Origin: Aetokthonos hydrillicola CCALA 1050
GTDB lineage: Bacteria; Cyanobacteriota; Cyanobacteriia; Cyanobacteriales; Nostocaceae
Direction: 5' to 3'
Length of the DNA stretch: 24,000 nucleotides
Assembly (NCBI RefSeq): GCF_017591665.1
Contig: NZ_JAAKGC010000002.1
Location: 126,487 to 150,486, forward strand
Shown here one piece after another: positions 14,949 to 24,000 of this stretch. The notes beneath the pieces are model-generated. The model saw nothing but the letters and a program-made list of their open reading frames with translations. It ran no database searches and was not told where the DNA came from. Positions within the stretch are counted from its first letter, which is position 1. Each line of letters begins with the position of its first letter. The translations under genes and the position numbers were made by a program.

Positions 14949-15734
14949 CTATATAGTTTGAGGTCGCATTGTGTTGTGTAATTCTTCTGTGATACTCCAG
15001 CGAAAAAGATTTCTGGCTACACGATTTGCTTTGTCGAATGTATTCCAGACATTTTCACCTTTTTCTATCTTTTGTTCTGTAAAAAAATCAGCATCTAACA
15101 AATAAGATGTTTCATCAAGATTTTTTTCTATATCTCTGACTTGAACAAGTCCATGATTAAAATTGACCTGACCAAATTCGGTTCGTAATTGTAAATTTTT
15201 AAGTAAATTTATTATTGATTCTTCTAGCTCTGGAGTATATAGCTCATACGCGATATGTTTAGGGATTAATTCAATCCATTTTTTGTTGGTAATGTTCAGT
15301 TTTGACCTAATAATTAAATCCCGATATCTTAAACCTATTCTTGAATAAAAAGATGGATTATATATTTGCTCAAAAATTTCTACAGCATATTTGAATCTTC
15401 CAATGAATTTTTCATATCTTTCATATTTATTAGTCACAAGTGTGATAGAGTTTTTATCTACAGAAATCTGCCAACTTAAATCTTCTGATTTAAATTGATA
15501 CATTAAATCACTAGCAATACTTGAATTAAATTGGGTTAAAACATTTGACAACTCAACTGGTACTTGCAAGTTTTTAGAAGCTTCAAAAATAGGGTATTCA
15601 AATCTTAACCTATCTTGAAAATCTACAGGTTCTTGACTTGTAATTTTCAAAATAGTTGGAAATCTAATCTGAGCAATCACCTCGATTAGAGGATTATACT
15701 CATAAATAACTCTTTCATAATCTGGGAGCTTCAT
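14949..15734 (-). CDS. Hypothetical protein, possibly TIGR04255 family (first gene of an AT-rich operon)
   Basis: 261-aa ORF. The N-terminus YEYNPLIEVIAQIRFPTILKI...FQDRLRFEYP resembles the conserved start of the uncharacterised TIGR04255 family as I recall it. Confidence 0.5.
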   Translation of the reverse strand: MKLPDYERVIYEYNPLIEVIAQIRFPTILKITSQEPVDFQDRLRFEYPIFEASKNLQVPVELSNVLTQFNSSIASDLMYQFKSEDLSWQISVDKNSITLVTNKYERYEKFIGRFKYAVEIFEQIYNPSFYSRIGLRYRDLIIRSKLNITNKKWIELIPKHIAYELYTPELEESIINLLKNLQLRTEFGQVNFNHGLVQVRDIEKNLDETSYLLDADFFTEQKIEKGENVWNTFDKANRVARNLFRWSITEELHNTMRPQTI

Positions 15735-15982
15735 CTTTAAAAAATGCTATGACCGAGTGAGATAACCTTTCATCTTATAGATTAGCCTAATTCCGAGCAT
15801 TAGTCAGTAATGTTTCCCACACTTAAAAATAATAGCAGGGAATCTTATTGCTGACTATAGGGAAAACTTATGTCCCTGCCGCATCTCCCAACCGGAGCCA
15901 CAAGGACTATATACTAATGTGGGTTTGAACCACATAGGCAATTCTCGCCCCAAAGTGAAGTTTCCCACCAGACTTATTAGGT

Positions 15983-16180
15983 GCGATCGCTCCCAACATA
16001 GATATTCGTGGTCAAATACAGCAAGCTGACCTCAAACGAGCAGCAAAAAGTCTCAATCGTGACTGATGGGGACGAGTTAACAACAGCATAAATCCTTAGC
16101 TGTTTCGGTGATTGGGTTTTGAACAGAAACAGACAGAAGATTGCGGAAAATAGTCTAGCCAGCTTGTATTAAGGCTTGAA
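15983..16180. repeat. Right copy of the 198-bp direct repeat
   Basis: Near-identical to 4185-4299 + 4465-4547. It lies just downstream of the mutS stop. In one frame it ends a start-less open frame ...FPPDLLGAIAPNIDIRGQIQQADLKRAAKSLNRD*. Confidence 0.9.
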
Positions 16181-16252
16181 AGTCAAAGGACTTGAAAGGT
16201 TTGTTGTTGTGCTTGAGTGCGCTAAAGCGCAACTACGAACGAACGAGTACAA

Positions 16253-18829
16253 CTAATCTAAACTTTGTAAGCCGATCGCTATCTTACTATGTTTCTCAAT
16301 TTGACCCATGACTTGTTTTGCTCGTTGAATCACTACCGCAGGTAAACCGGCTAAACGTCCTGCTTCAATTCCATAGGATTTATCAGCACCACCTGGTTGA
16401 ACGGAGTGCAAAAAGATAATCTGGTCTGGTAACTCTTTCACTGTTACTTGATAGTTAGCGACATTTGGTAAAATTGACGCTAACTCATTCAACTCATGGT
16501 AGTGCGTTGCAAAAATTGTTCGCGCCCGAATTTCTGTTGCAATATACTCTGCTACAGCCCAAGCAATTGAAAGTCCATCAAATGTTGCTGTTCCGCGCCC
16601 AATTTCATCTAATAACACCAAGGATCTTGAAGTTGCATGGTTGAGAATATTTGCTGTCTCATTCATCTCCACCATAAATGTTGATTGACCAGTCGCCAAG
16701 TCATCCACTGCACCGACACGAGTGAAAATGCGATCGCACACCCCCAACTTAGCAGACTTAGCAGGCACAAAACTACCAATCTGTGCCATCAACTGAATCA
16801 ATCCCACCTGTCTTAAATAACAACTCTTACCACTTGCATTAGGTCCAGTCAAGATAATTAAATCAGGTGATACCTCATATAAGTTCTCCTCTACCAACCC
16901 TAGCTGAGTAGAATTTGGCACAAAAAACCCTGCTGGTAAAGACTTTTCTACTACCGGATGACGCCCATCGACTATCCTAATTTCTCGTCCTGGTATCATT
17001 TCCGGACGACAGTAACCTTGATAAACCGCCAATTCTGCCAAACCAGCCAACACGTCAGCCGCAGCAACTGCACGAGAAATATTGCGAATGCTCTCCGCGT
17101 GTTTTCCTACCTCTTCGCGCAACACTGCAAAAATTTCATACTCCAACTTATTTAAATCATCCCGCGCTGTGAGAATTCGGGCTTCTCTTTCCTTCAATTC
17201 AGGTGTGATGTAGCGCTCCTCGTTGGTCAATGTTTGCTTGCGGATGTAATTAGAAGGTACAGAATCAGCTTTTGCACGAGAAATACTGATATAATACCCG
17301 AAGGTTTTGTTAAACCCTACTTTTAAATTGGGTATTGCCGTCCTTGCTCTCTCATCAACTTCTAAATTAGCAATCCACTGTTGATCTTCTTCTACAGTAA
17401 CGCGCCTCTGATCTAACTGAGGATTAATTCCAGGGCGAATCAAACCACCTTCTGTTAAATGTATTGGTGGTGACTCCACAATATGAGCTTGTAATTTTTG
17501 TGCTAAATCTTGCAGCAGAGGTGGTGCTTTTTGTAGAGCCTTTAAAAACGGAGACTCAGCCTCACTGACTAAGTGAGATAATTCTGGTAGACGAGATAAC
17601 GAATCCGCCAATGCGACTAAATCTTTTGCATTAGCAGTACCAGAACCAGCACGTCCCGCCAAGCGTTCCAAGTCATAAATTTGCTTTAACAGTTTCCGCA
17701 ATTCTTGGCGGAGGTTAGTGTTTTCTACGAGTTCTTGGATCGTGTCTTGTCGAGCGCTAATACCTTTTATATCAAGTAGAGGTTGCAATAACCAGCGCCG
17801 TAAAGCGCGACTCCCCATTGTTGTACAGGTGTTATCTAACGCCCAAAGCAGAGAACCATGAAAACTACCATCACGAACTGTTTGGGTAATTTCTAAGTTA
17901 CGGCGGGTTTGATGATCAACAATTAAGAAGTCACTGAGGGTGTAGGTGCGGAGTAGTTGTAGAGGAACGGTGTTTTCTTTTTGTGTATCTTCTATGTATT
18001 CTAAAAGCCCACCAGCAGCGCGAACTGCTAACGGTAGGTGATCGCAACCGAGCCCTTCAAGCGATCGCACTTTAAACGTTTGCAATAATCTTGCTCTTGC
18101 TTCACCTGCGCTGAACCGATTTTGCGATCTTAAAGAATAACAGAACGATGGTGGTAAACAATCTGGTAAATGTTCTGATTTTTCACCCGGACGTAGTAAA
18201 GTTCCCAAATCAGGAGCATTGGTAGGAACCAGTACCTCTGAAGGTTGCAACCGCATTAATTCTTGGGTGAGATGTTCTAAAGGAGTTCCTTGAGTTGTGA
18301 GAAATTCACCAGTAGAGATATCTGCATAAGCTAAACCCCAATGATCTCCCGCAATAACCACAGCAGCTAGATAGTTATTATGACTCCCCTTGAGCATTCC
18401 TTCTTCTAGCAAAGTACCAGGAGTGAGGATGCGGGTTACTTCACGTCGCACCAAACCAACAGCGTCAGCAGCGTCTTCCACTTGATCGCAAATCACCACT
18501 GCATAGCCTTTTTCTACCAACTGGGTAGTATAACGCTCCCATGCATGATGTGGTACACCTGTCATGCATACCCTACCGACTTCTCCCCCGTGTTTACTTG
18601 TTAAAACTAATTCCAGTTCTCTGGAGATAGTAACCGCGTCTTGAAAAAAAGTTTCAAAAAAATCTCCTACCCGATACAGCAGCAGTGCGTGAGGATACTT
18701 ATCCTTCATTTCCACGTAGTGCTGATACATTTTACTGAGCCTACTGCGATCCACTAGTCGATGATCAGCATGAGGTGCAGTCGAGTTATTAGGTTCGTTT
18801 GTTTGGGACGCAGAGTCAGAAGCCGTCAT
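16253..18829 (-). CDS. mutS: DNA mismatch repair protein MutS
   Basis: 858-aa ORF with the N-terminal mismatch-binding region [14 protein letters not shown], Walker [15 protein letters not shown], Walker [10 protein letters not shown], and THYHEL. Confidence 0.95.
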   Translation of the reverse strand: MTASDSASQTNEPNNSTAPHADHRLVDRSRLSKMYQHYVEMKDKYPHALLLYRVGDFFETFFQDAVTISRELELVLTSKHGGEVGRVCMTGVPHHAWERYTTQLVEKGYAVVICDQVEDAADAVGLVRREVTRILTPGTLLEEGMLKGSHNNYLAAVVIAGDHWGLAYADISTGEFLTTQGTPLEHLTQELMRLQPSEVLVPTNAPDLGTLLRPGEKSEHLPDCLPPSFCYSLRSQNRFSAGEARARLLQTFKVRSLEGLGCDHLPLAVRAAGGLLEYIEDTQKENTVPLQLLRTYTLSDFLIVDHQTRRNLEITQTVRDGSFHGSLLWALDNTCTTMGSRALRRWLLQPLLDIKGISARQDTIQELVENTNLRQELRKLLKQIYDLERLAGRAGSGTANAKDLVALADSLSRLPELSHLVSEAESPFLKALQKAPPLLQDLAQKLQAHIVESPPIHLTEGGLIRPGINPQLDQRRVTVEEDQQWIANLEVDERARTAIPNLKVGFNKTFGYYISISRAKADSVPSNYIRKQTLTNEERYITPELKEREARILTARDDLNKLEYEIFAVLREEVGKHAESIRNISRAVAAADVLAGLAELAVYQGYCRPEMIPGREIRIVDGRHPVVEKSLPAGFFVPNSTQLGLVEENLYEVSPDLIILTGPNASGKSCYLRQVGLIQLMAQIGSFVPAKSAKLGVCDRIFTRVGAVDDLATGQSTFMVEMNETANILNHATSRSLVLLDEIGRGTATFDGLSIAWAVAEYIATEIRARTIFATHYHELNELASILPNVANYQVTVKELPDQIIFLHSVQPGGADKSYGIEAGRLAGLPAVVIQRAKQVMGQIEKHSKIAIGLQSLD

Positions 18830-18880
18830 GGTTACTAAGTTACAAGCTGCTAATACTCGATGATAACGGAAATTCAGAGA

Positions 18881-19486
18881 TTATTTCATGGAAGTGTCAA
18901 TTATTTGTACGAGTGTTCTAAAAAGTCGGTCACAGTGAAGTGACGCTTTGCGGACTTGATCAGCATTCAAGCTTGCCAAAAGCAGTGAAGCATGTTTTAT
19001 TTTGTGATACTCACCTTTAGAAGTGTTACAAGTAGCAGCTTTCAGTTTTTTGTTTAAAATATCTTTATCAAGACTCTCCACATCTTGACTTCTCTTAATT
19101 GCATTTTCTTTGAACCCTTGACCATAAAACTTTCTAAGAGTTTCAATGTCAGCAATAAACCATGCTTCCATAACTTGAACCATTAAGTGACAATGAATAT
19201 CATCAACATCTGGTAAATCCCAATTATCCCTCGACTTTAAATGCTCCCAAGGAGACAATTTAACTGGAGCTTCAGCATCTACAAGCAACAAGTTAAAGGC
19301 ATCTTGGTGAGATTTTAAAGCATTTTTAAAGTCCCGAAAAGCGTCATTACGCTTACCGCACATAGTAATGTTTATTCGTCGCTCGCGTGATACTTGTAGA
19401 AATTTATGAAATCCTTCCCGAAGTTTAGCTTTTGACTCTTTACCATCACCACCACCTTCAATATAAATACGGATCTCCTTTACCAT
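18881..19486 (-). CDS. DUF4276-family protein (Toprim-like predicted nuclease partner of the upstream ATPase)
   Basis: 201-aa ORF. IRIYIEGGGDGK..., LLVDAE and MEAWFIAD are the conserved acidic motifs of DUF4276 as I recall them. Its start overlaps the ATPase stop by 7 nt. Confidence 0.6.
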   Translation of the reverse strand: MVKEIRIYIEGGGDGKESKAKLREGFHKFLQVSRERRINITMCGKRNDAFRDFKNALKSHQDAFNLLLVDAEAPVKLSPWEHLKSRDNWDLPDVDDIHCHLMVQVMEAWFIADIETLRKFYGQGFKENAIKRSQDVESLDKDILNKKLKAATCNTSKGEYHKIKHASLLLASLNADQVRKASLHCDRLFRTLVQIIDTSMK

Positions 19487-20661
19487 CGGGTTCCTCCAAT
19501 TTCACCCATCCGCCAGAGATCTCCTAGAGTATAATTTTCTAGCCAGTCTTTCAATTTTTCAGGATCAAGACGACGTAAATGGCTTCCTTGTTCATCTCGC
19601 TCAAATACCAGCACAGCTTCAGGGGGGAGCGAAGAAACTAAAGCATCAGAATGAGTTGTTACAATCAGCTGTGTCCTCTGAGATGCTTCAATTAGCATCT
19701 CAGCAATCGTGGGGAGAATATCTGGATGTAAACCGATTTCTGGTTCTTCAATACAAATAAGTGGTGGTGGTGTTGGATCTAGAAGTAAAGCCATTAAAAA
19801 TAAATAACGGAGAGTACCATCAGATAAACGAGTTGCGGGAATAGGTTGTGCAAGATTTTCTTCACGAATAAATATTTGTACTGTACCACCATAGATTTTT
19901 ATACTTAATTCTTCTGCTGCATCATAAAATTTCTTAAGTTTTTCTATGATTTGTCTATTGCCTAGTTGATATTGTAAGTTATTTAAAAATAAACCTAAGT
20001 TACTACCGTTTTCTAGAAGAGGATGCTCTGGCAAGTCTGTTTTTTGAGGATTTCTAGGTTCTGAGTCTCGCCCAATATTCCAAATTCTATATAAACTAAT
20101 ATTAGAAAATTGAGTTGCTAAATATGAAAGTTCCGGATACAAATCGGGATCTTTTCTTTGCGATAGAACTGATTGATCAGGAATCATGTCCTCACGGCGG
20201 AGTTCTCTTTGTTTCACCACACCGTCTAGTTTTACATTTAAAACAGGACGACCACGTTGATAACGATAGTAAAAATAAACATCATCTTCACCAGGAAATG
20301 GTTGTTCATTTTCCACAAATTCGTCTATCAACTCTAATTTTTGACCAGCCATAGATAAGCTAATTTGATAGCTTAGTGTCTGTATTCTGGGATAGTCTAC
20401 AATAGCTTGTATTTCTGCTACAGTGTTACTATGTTGACCTTTCCACAAAAATTCACTAATCCCTCCCGCTTGACGAATAAACGCAGGTAAATCTGTAGGT
20501 GTTGCTTTAAGAAGCGCGATCGCCTCAATTAAATTAGATTTGCCGGATGCATTTGAACCAATTAATATATTCAAAGGTCGCAGTTCAATTTCTTCTCCCT
20601 CACTTCCGTAGGAAAGGAAGTTTTCTAATCGTAAGCGACGGATAAAGGTTTTTCCGTTCAA
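19480..20661 (-). CDS. ABC-type (AAA_15/AAA_21-like) ATPase
   Basis: 393-aa ORF with Walker A ILIGSNASGKSNL, signature-like LSDGTLRYLFL, Walker B/D-loop LICIEEPEIGLHPD and H-loop VTTHS. It has a TTG start with AAGGAGA 6-7 nt upstream. Confidence 0.8.
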   Translation of the reverse strand: MNGKTFIRRLRLENFLSYGSEGEEIELRPLNILIGSNASGKSNLIEAIALLKATPTDLPAFIRQAGGISEFLWKGQHSNTVAEIQAIVDYPRIQTLSYQISLSMAGQKLELIDEFVENEQPFPGEDDVYFYYRYQRGRPVLNVKLDGVVKQRELRREDMIPDQSVLSQRKDPDLYPELSYLATQFSNISLYRIWNIGRDSEPRNPQKTDLPEHPLLENGSNLGLFLNNLQYQLGNRQIIEKLKKFYDAAEELSIKIYGGTVQIFIREENLAQPIPATRLSDGTLRYLFLMALLLDPTPPPLICIEEPEIGLHPDILPTIAEMLIEASQRTQLIVTTHSDALVSSLPPEAVLVFERDEQGSHLRRLDPEKLKDWLENYTLGDLWRMGEIGGTRW

Positions 20662-21718
20662 GTAATTCTCCTTTTATCTGATAATCTTAATTCTATAGAA
20701 TTTATGATGGAGTAACTAAAATAACAATACTAGCATCACCCATAGAAGTCTTTTGTGCATCTTCAATCCGTATTTTTTTACTATGGCTTCGCGCTTTAAA
20801 GGAGTGCGATCGCGTTTCCTACTTTAGACCTATTGACAAAGTTGGCACAGCTTTAATTTGTTACCAATGATCTCCAACAGCGAAGGAGGTGGTATTCTCC
20901 GGTCGCTGATGTCTATGCTCATTTAATTGTGTCAAATAATACTTTATTACTTAAGTAAGTTGGTTTTTCGCGATCGCCTGCTTTCACTGTTAGAGCGTTG
21001 CTCCCGGTGGAACTTTCTCCAAAAAGCATAAAGTTTTATAAAGAAAGTTCTACGACGATTGTGCTTTAACCAAGTCTGAGATACAAAAGAATGAGTGAGC
21101 AAATTTCGGTTTGACTCAACTATTGACGAGCCTTCGGGCAAGGCAGCTATGCAGAAGGCAAAAGGCAGAAAAACGAGAGAAGATTGAGAAAAATAAGGGT
21201 AAAGCATAGCTGCCCAACTTTGCCCATAATCGGTTCAGGTTTCCGGATAAAACCGGAACAGAAAATAAAACCTGTTGCGAGGCGCGCAGCGCGTTCGCGT
21301 AAAGCCCTGCGGGCATAGCTGCGCGTCGGGCGAAGCCTCTCCGTCAGGAGAAGCGTCTCTACTTGGGAGAGGGATAGGGTGTCATTATTAGAATACTCTG
21401 TCTTCAACCTTATGGTATACACATAGGTGGCTCTTTTAGAGCCCGAAATGCCCAAACTTTGGCGGAATTGAAAATCTATGCCTGTGACTAGTCTTAGGAT
21501 TAAGACAAAGAAACCAAGTTTCAGGTGGTGATTTCAAGACTTGTGTATATACCACAAGGCTTTAGGCAACGATCATCAATCGCTTCTGTCCTCTAGCTTC
21601 TTACTTGAAAATCAGTTTTTCTGATTTTTACAAATTTTCCCCATAATTACTTGTAGATTAATCTGCAATTTTCGATGAGGTTATACTCATCTCCATTTCG
21701 TAAACAAAATAATCAATT

Positions 21719-21911
21719 ATAGGACTTACGCACTATACAAATCGAATATGATGTCTATCAACAGATCATGGTTGTTTTAGACTTGTAGGGGCGCTCATGC
21801 TTGCCCCCCTACAATGGACGAGAACACCCTCATTTGCGGAAAAATCTTTGGTCGAGGTGCTATTAATTAGTGCCCCATATCTAATGATTTCTGTCAATGG
21901 GTAAGTCCTAA
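21719..21911. mobile_element. MITE-like element with aggacttac / gtaagtcct termini
   Basis: The inverted termini are ataggacttacgcac (about 21719) and gggtaagtcct (to 21909), with an internal palindrome gtaggggcgctcatgcttgcccccctac. This matches a repeat class common in Nostocales intergenic regions, from memory. Confidence 0.4.
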
Positions 21912-21963
21912 ATTCCTTTGGCGGTTCAGATTTTTATAGGGAAAATTTCCAAATAACATAACT

Positions 21964-23427
21964 TTGACAAAAGGAAAACAAATGGAGAATGACATCATTT
22001 TTGAGCCTCTAACGTTTCGGAACCTAACCGTCAAAAATCGGATCTTTCGTTCTAATATCTCCGGTAGATTTGATAACTACGATGGTTCAGGAAACCAGGC
22101 AAGGATTAATTGGGAGGAGAAGTTTGCCAGAGGTGGTGTAGGGGCGATTGTTTCTTCCTTCGTTCCCGTGACTATCAAAGGAAGAATTGTGCCCAATTAT
22201 GCGACGATTCACAGCGATGATCGCATTCCTTTCTGGCACAAAGTGGGCGAAAAAGTCCACGAATACGGCTGCAAATTTCTTATGCAGCTGAGCCATTCCG
22301 GTCGCCAGCAAGATATCCAAGGCGTTGAGAACAGTTATATACGCCAGAGTTCGACCAACCATACCGAGTCATTTCACGGATTAGAGTGTCGGGCGATGAC
22401 AAAAGAAGAGATTGGGGATACAGTCCGGGCTTTTGCCAATGGTGCTAGACGCGCCCGCGAAGCAGGACTCGATGGGGTAGAACTACATAGTGCCAATGGT
22501 TATTTATTTACTCAATTTCTTAGCTCCGGGATCAACGACCGCACCGACGAATATGGAGGTTCTCTAGAAAATAGAGCGCGTTTTTTACTAGAGGTTATCC
22601 AAGCAATTCGCAAGGAGGTGGGAAATGATTTTCACCTGCAAGCTAAAATCAGTGCCGTGGAATATAACAATGCTGTAATTCCTTGGGAAAAACCAGGAAA
22701 TACCTTAGAAGAGTCCATTCAAGTCTGCAAGTGGGTAGAGGAAGCTGGGGCTGATGCGATTCATGTGTCCACTGGAAGTTTATTTCCCCATCCCCTGAAC
22801 CCTGCTGGGACTTTTCCCCTAGAAGGTAAGTTTTCAACGGATAAAGCCAGTAGTTCTTACGACACCATGCTTTCTAGTGGTAACCAAACCTTCCGCAACT
22901 ATCTGCTCTTTCGCTATAAGTTCTTACATCCGGTTTTTCTGTGGTTCTGGTATCGGGTTCAGCGACAGAGGCAGAATGAAACTAACCCAATTCAAGGGTT
23001 AGAGGTAAAAGCTGAGGCTTTAGACCAATCGTTTCGTGAATTTGTGTCGTCCCAAGAGATGCAGAAACTGCTACACACTTACCAAGGAATTAGTCTGAGT
23101 CATGCAGGAGAGATTAAGAAAAACGTCAAGATTCCGGTAATTTGCACAGGGGGATTTCAACAGGCTTCTTACATTCGTAAAGCAATTGAGGAGCAATTTT
23201 GCGATGCAGTAAGTATCGCTCGTCCTCTAGTAGCTAATAACGATCTAGTTCAGCAATTTGCCAAAGGAAAAGATATTCCAGAACGACCCTGTATTTATTG
23301 CAATAAATGCTTACTTAATACCTTAGAAAACCCTTTGGGATGCTACGAAAGCTCCCGTTACGGCGGCGACTATGATGAAATGGTTAAAGAAGTCATGACT
23401 GTATTTAACCCGCCACCATTTACATAA
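21964..23427 (+). CDS. NADH:flavin oxidoreductase, Old Yellow Enzyme family
   Basis: 487-aa ORF with HSANGYLFTQFLSSGINDRTDEYGGSLENRARFLLEV (PF00724 signature) and the C-terminal VSIARPLVANNDL. The listed start is TTG 21964. ATG 21982 (MENDIIFEPL) is an equally plausible start. Confidence 0.85.
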   Translation: MTKGKQMENDIIFEPLTFRNLTVKNRIFRSNISGRFDNYDGSGNQARINWEEKFARGGVGAIVSSFVPVTIKGRIVPNYATIHSDDRIPFWHKVGEKVHEYGCKFLMQLSHSGRQQDIQGVENSYIRQSSTNHTESFHGLECRAMTKEEIGDTVRAFANGARRAREAGLDGVELHSANGYLFTQFLSSGINDRTDEYGGSLENRARFLLEVIQAIRKEVGNDFHLQAKISAVEYNNAVIPWEKPGNTLEESIQVCKWVEEAGADAIHVSTGSLFPHPLNPAGTFPLEGKFSTDKASSSYDTMLSSGNQTFRNYLLFRYKFLHPVFLWFWYRVQRQRQNETNPIQGLEVKAEALDQSFREFVSSQEMQKLLHTYQGISLSHAGEIKKNVKIPVICTGGFQQASYIRKAIEEQFCDAVSIARPLVANNDLVQQFAKGKDIPERPCIYCNKCLLNTLENPLGCYESSRYGGDYDEMVKEVMTVFNPPPFT

Positions 23428-23448
23428 TTTTAGATTTTGGATTAATTT

Positions 23449-24000
23449 ATGAGCCAACAAGATAAACCAATACTAATTCAAACAGTTTTCAAACGCATTT
23501 GGGTGTTTGTTATTGGAACTGTCTTAGCTGTGGTACTACTTCTAGCTTGGCCCTTCCTTTGGAATAATGGTTCGGTCAGATATGCAGACATTAACGAACA
23601 TTTTAAATATGGGTCGATTGGCGGTGAAAAGGCGAATGGCATTCCTTATTGGGTCTGGAAAGTTCTCCCCGTCGTGTTTGCTGATAAATTACCAGGGAAA
23701 GGGTATACCTCTTTAGGTTTTATTCAAGAACCAGGGAAGGATCTCCCAATAGGCTTTTCCCAAAGCAAGATTGGCTTTGAACGGGTCGGTCAAAATTGCG
23801 CCACCTGTCATGCTGGATCCGTGCGCGAGACACCCAATAGTCAACCGCAAATTATTACTACTATGCCCTCTAATACGGTCAATTTAGGGGCGTATATCCG
23901 GTTTCTCTCAGATATCGCCATTGACGAGCGGTTCAATGCTAGGGAAATGATGCCACATATTGAAGCGATGGGAGCCAAACTCAACCCGCTTGAAAAATTA
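23449..24000 (+). CDS. Membrane-anchored CxxCH (c-type heme motif) protein, N-terminal part; continues beyond the window
   Basis: The frame is open from ATG 23449 to the window end: MSQQDKPILIQTVFKRIWVFVIGTVLAVVLLLAW (TM helix) ... GQNCATCHAGS (CxxCH). It is not in the ORF track because no stop lies inside the window. Confidence 0.6.
   Translation, partial: MSQQDKPILIQTVFKRIWVFVIGTVLAVVLLLAWPFLWNNGSVRYADINEHFKYGSIGGEKANGIPYWVWKVLPVVFADKLPGKGYTSLGFIQEPGKDLPIGFSQSKIGFERVGQNCATCHAGSVRETPNSQPQIITTMPSNTVNLGAYIRFLSDIAIDERFNAREMMPHIEAMGAKLNPLEKL

Noticed and set aside
16958-17155. 65-aa plus-strand ORF inside mutS, together with other antisense ORFs inside long genes (79-336, 1566-1772, 5083-5289, 5949-6137, 7325-7621, 8723-9040, 20115-20354, 22087-22362, 22649-22837)
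   Set aside because: All lie antisense within well-supported longer genes and have no independent support.
20947-21455. Three overlapping minus-strand ORFs (86, 66 and 102 aa)
   Set aside because: They are mutually overlapping, built from dispersed-repeat sequence, low-complexity, and match no recognisable family.

Overview
The window looks like a chromosomal segment of a filamentous, Nostocales-like cyanobacterium. It has many HIP1 GCGATCGC sites, heptamer tandem repeats and small palindromic MITE-like elements. Core-type genes are the 3' part of a phosphoesterase (1-456), an MscS-family channel (1174-2841), mutS (16253-18829, minus), an OYE-type flavin oxidoreductase (21964-23427) and the 5' part of a CxxCH membrane protein (23449-24000). 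The interesting content is accessory. (1) A co-directional cluster at 4571-12444 encodes a caspase/CHAT-like protease, a degenerate-P-loop adaptor, a MoxR-like AAA+ ATPase and a 956-aa membrane protein. That protein has a CoxE-like N-domain, a TM hairpin with a PST repeat, a vWA-like domain with degenerate MIDAS, a Tat-like anchor and an FGE-sulfatase/C-type-lectin-fold domain. Its last ~130 nt behave as a DGR variable region. DGR parts follow directly: a truncated avd, an intact DGR-type reverse transcriptase, and only an 18-nt stub of the template repeat, which is split by a four-helix-bundle gene cassette flanked by inverted heptamer arrays. (2) Two more paralogous copies of the FGE-sulfatase module lie upstream, one standalone with a divergent VR and one decayed. 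(3) There is a decayed PIN/antitoxin locus. (4) There is an AT-rich three-gene operon of unknown function (13938-15734, minus). (5) An ABC-ATPase + DUF4276 pair sits immediately upstream of mutS. A 198-bp direct repeat (4185-4547, carrying an insertion, and 15983-16180) brackets items 1, 3 and 4 as an ~11.4-kb island. I recognised no rRNA, tRNA, CRISPR array, integrase or transposase.
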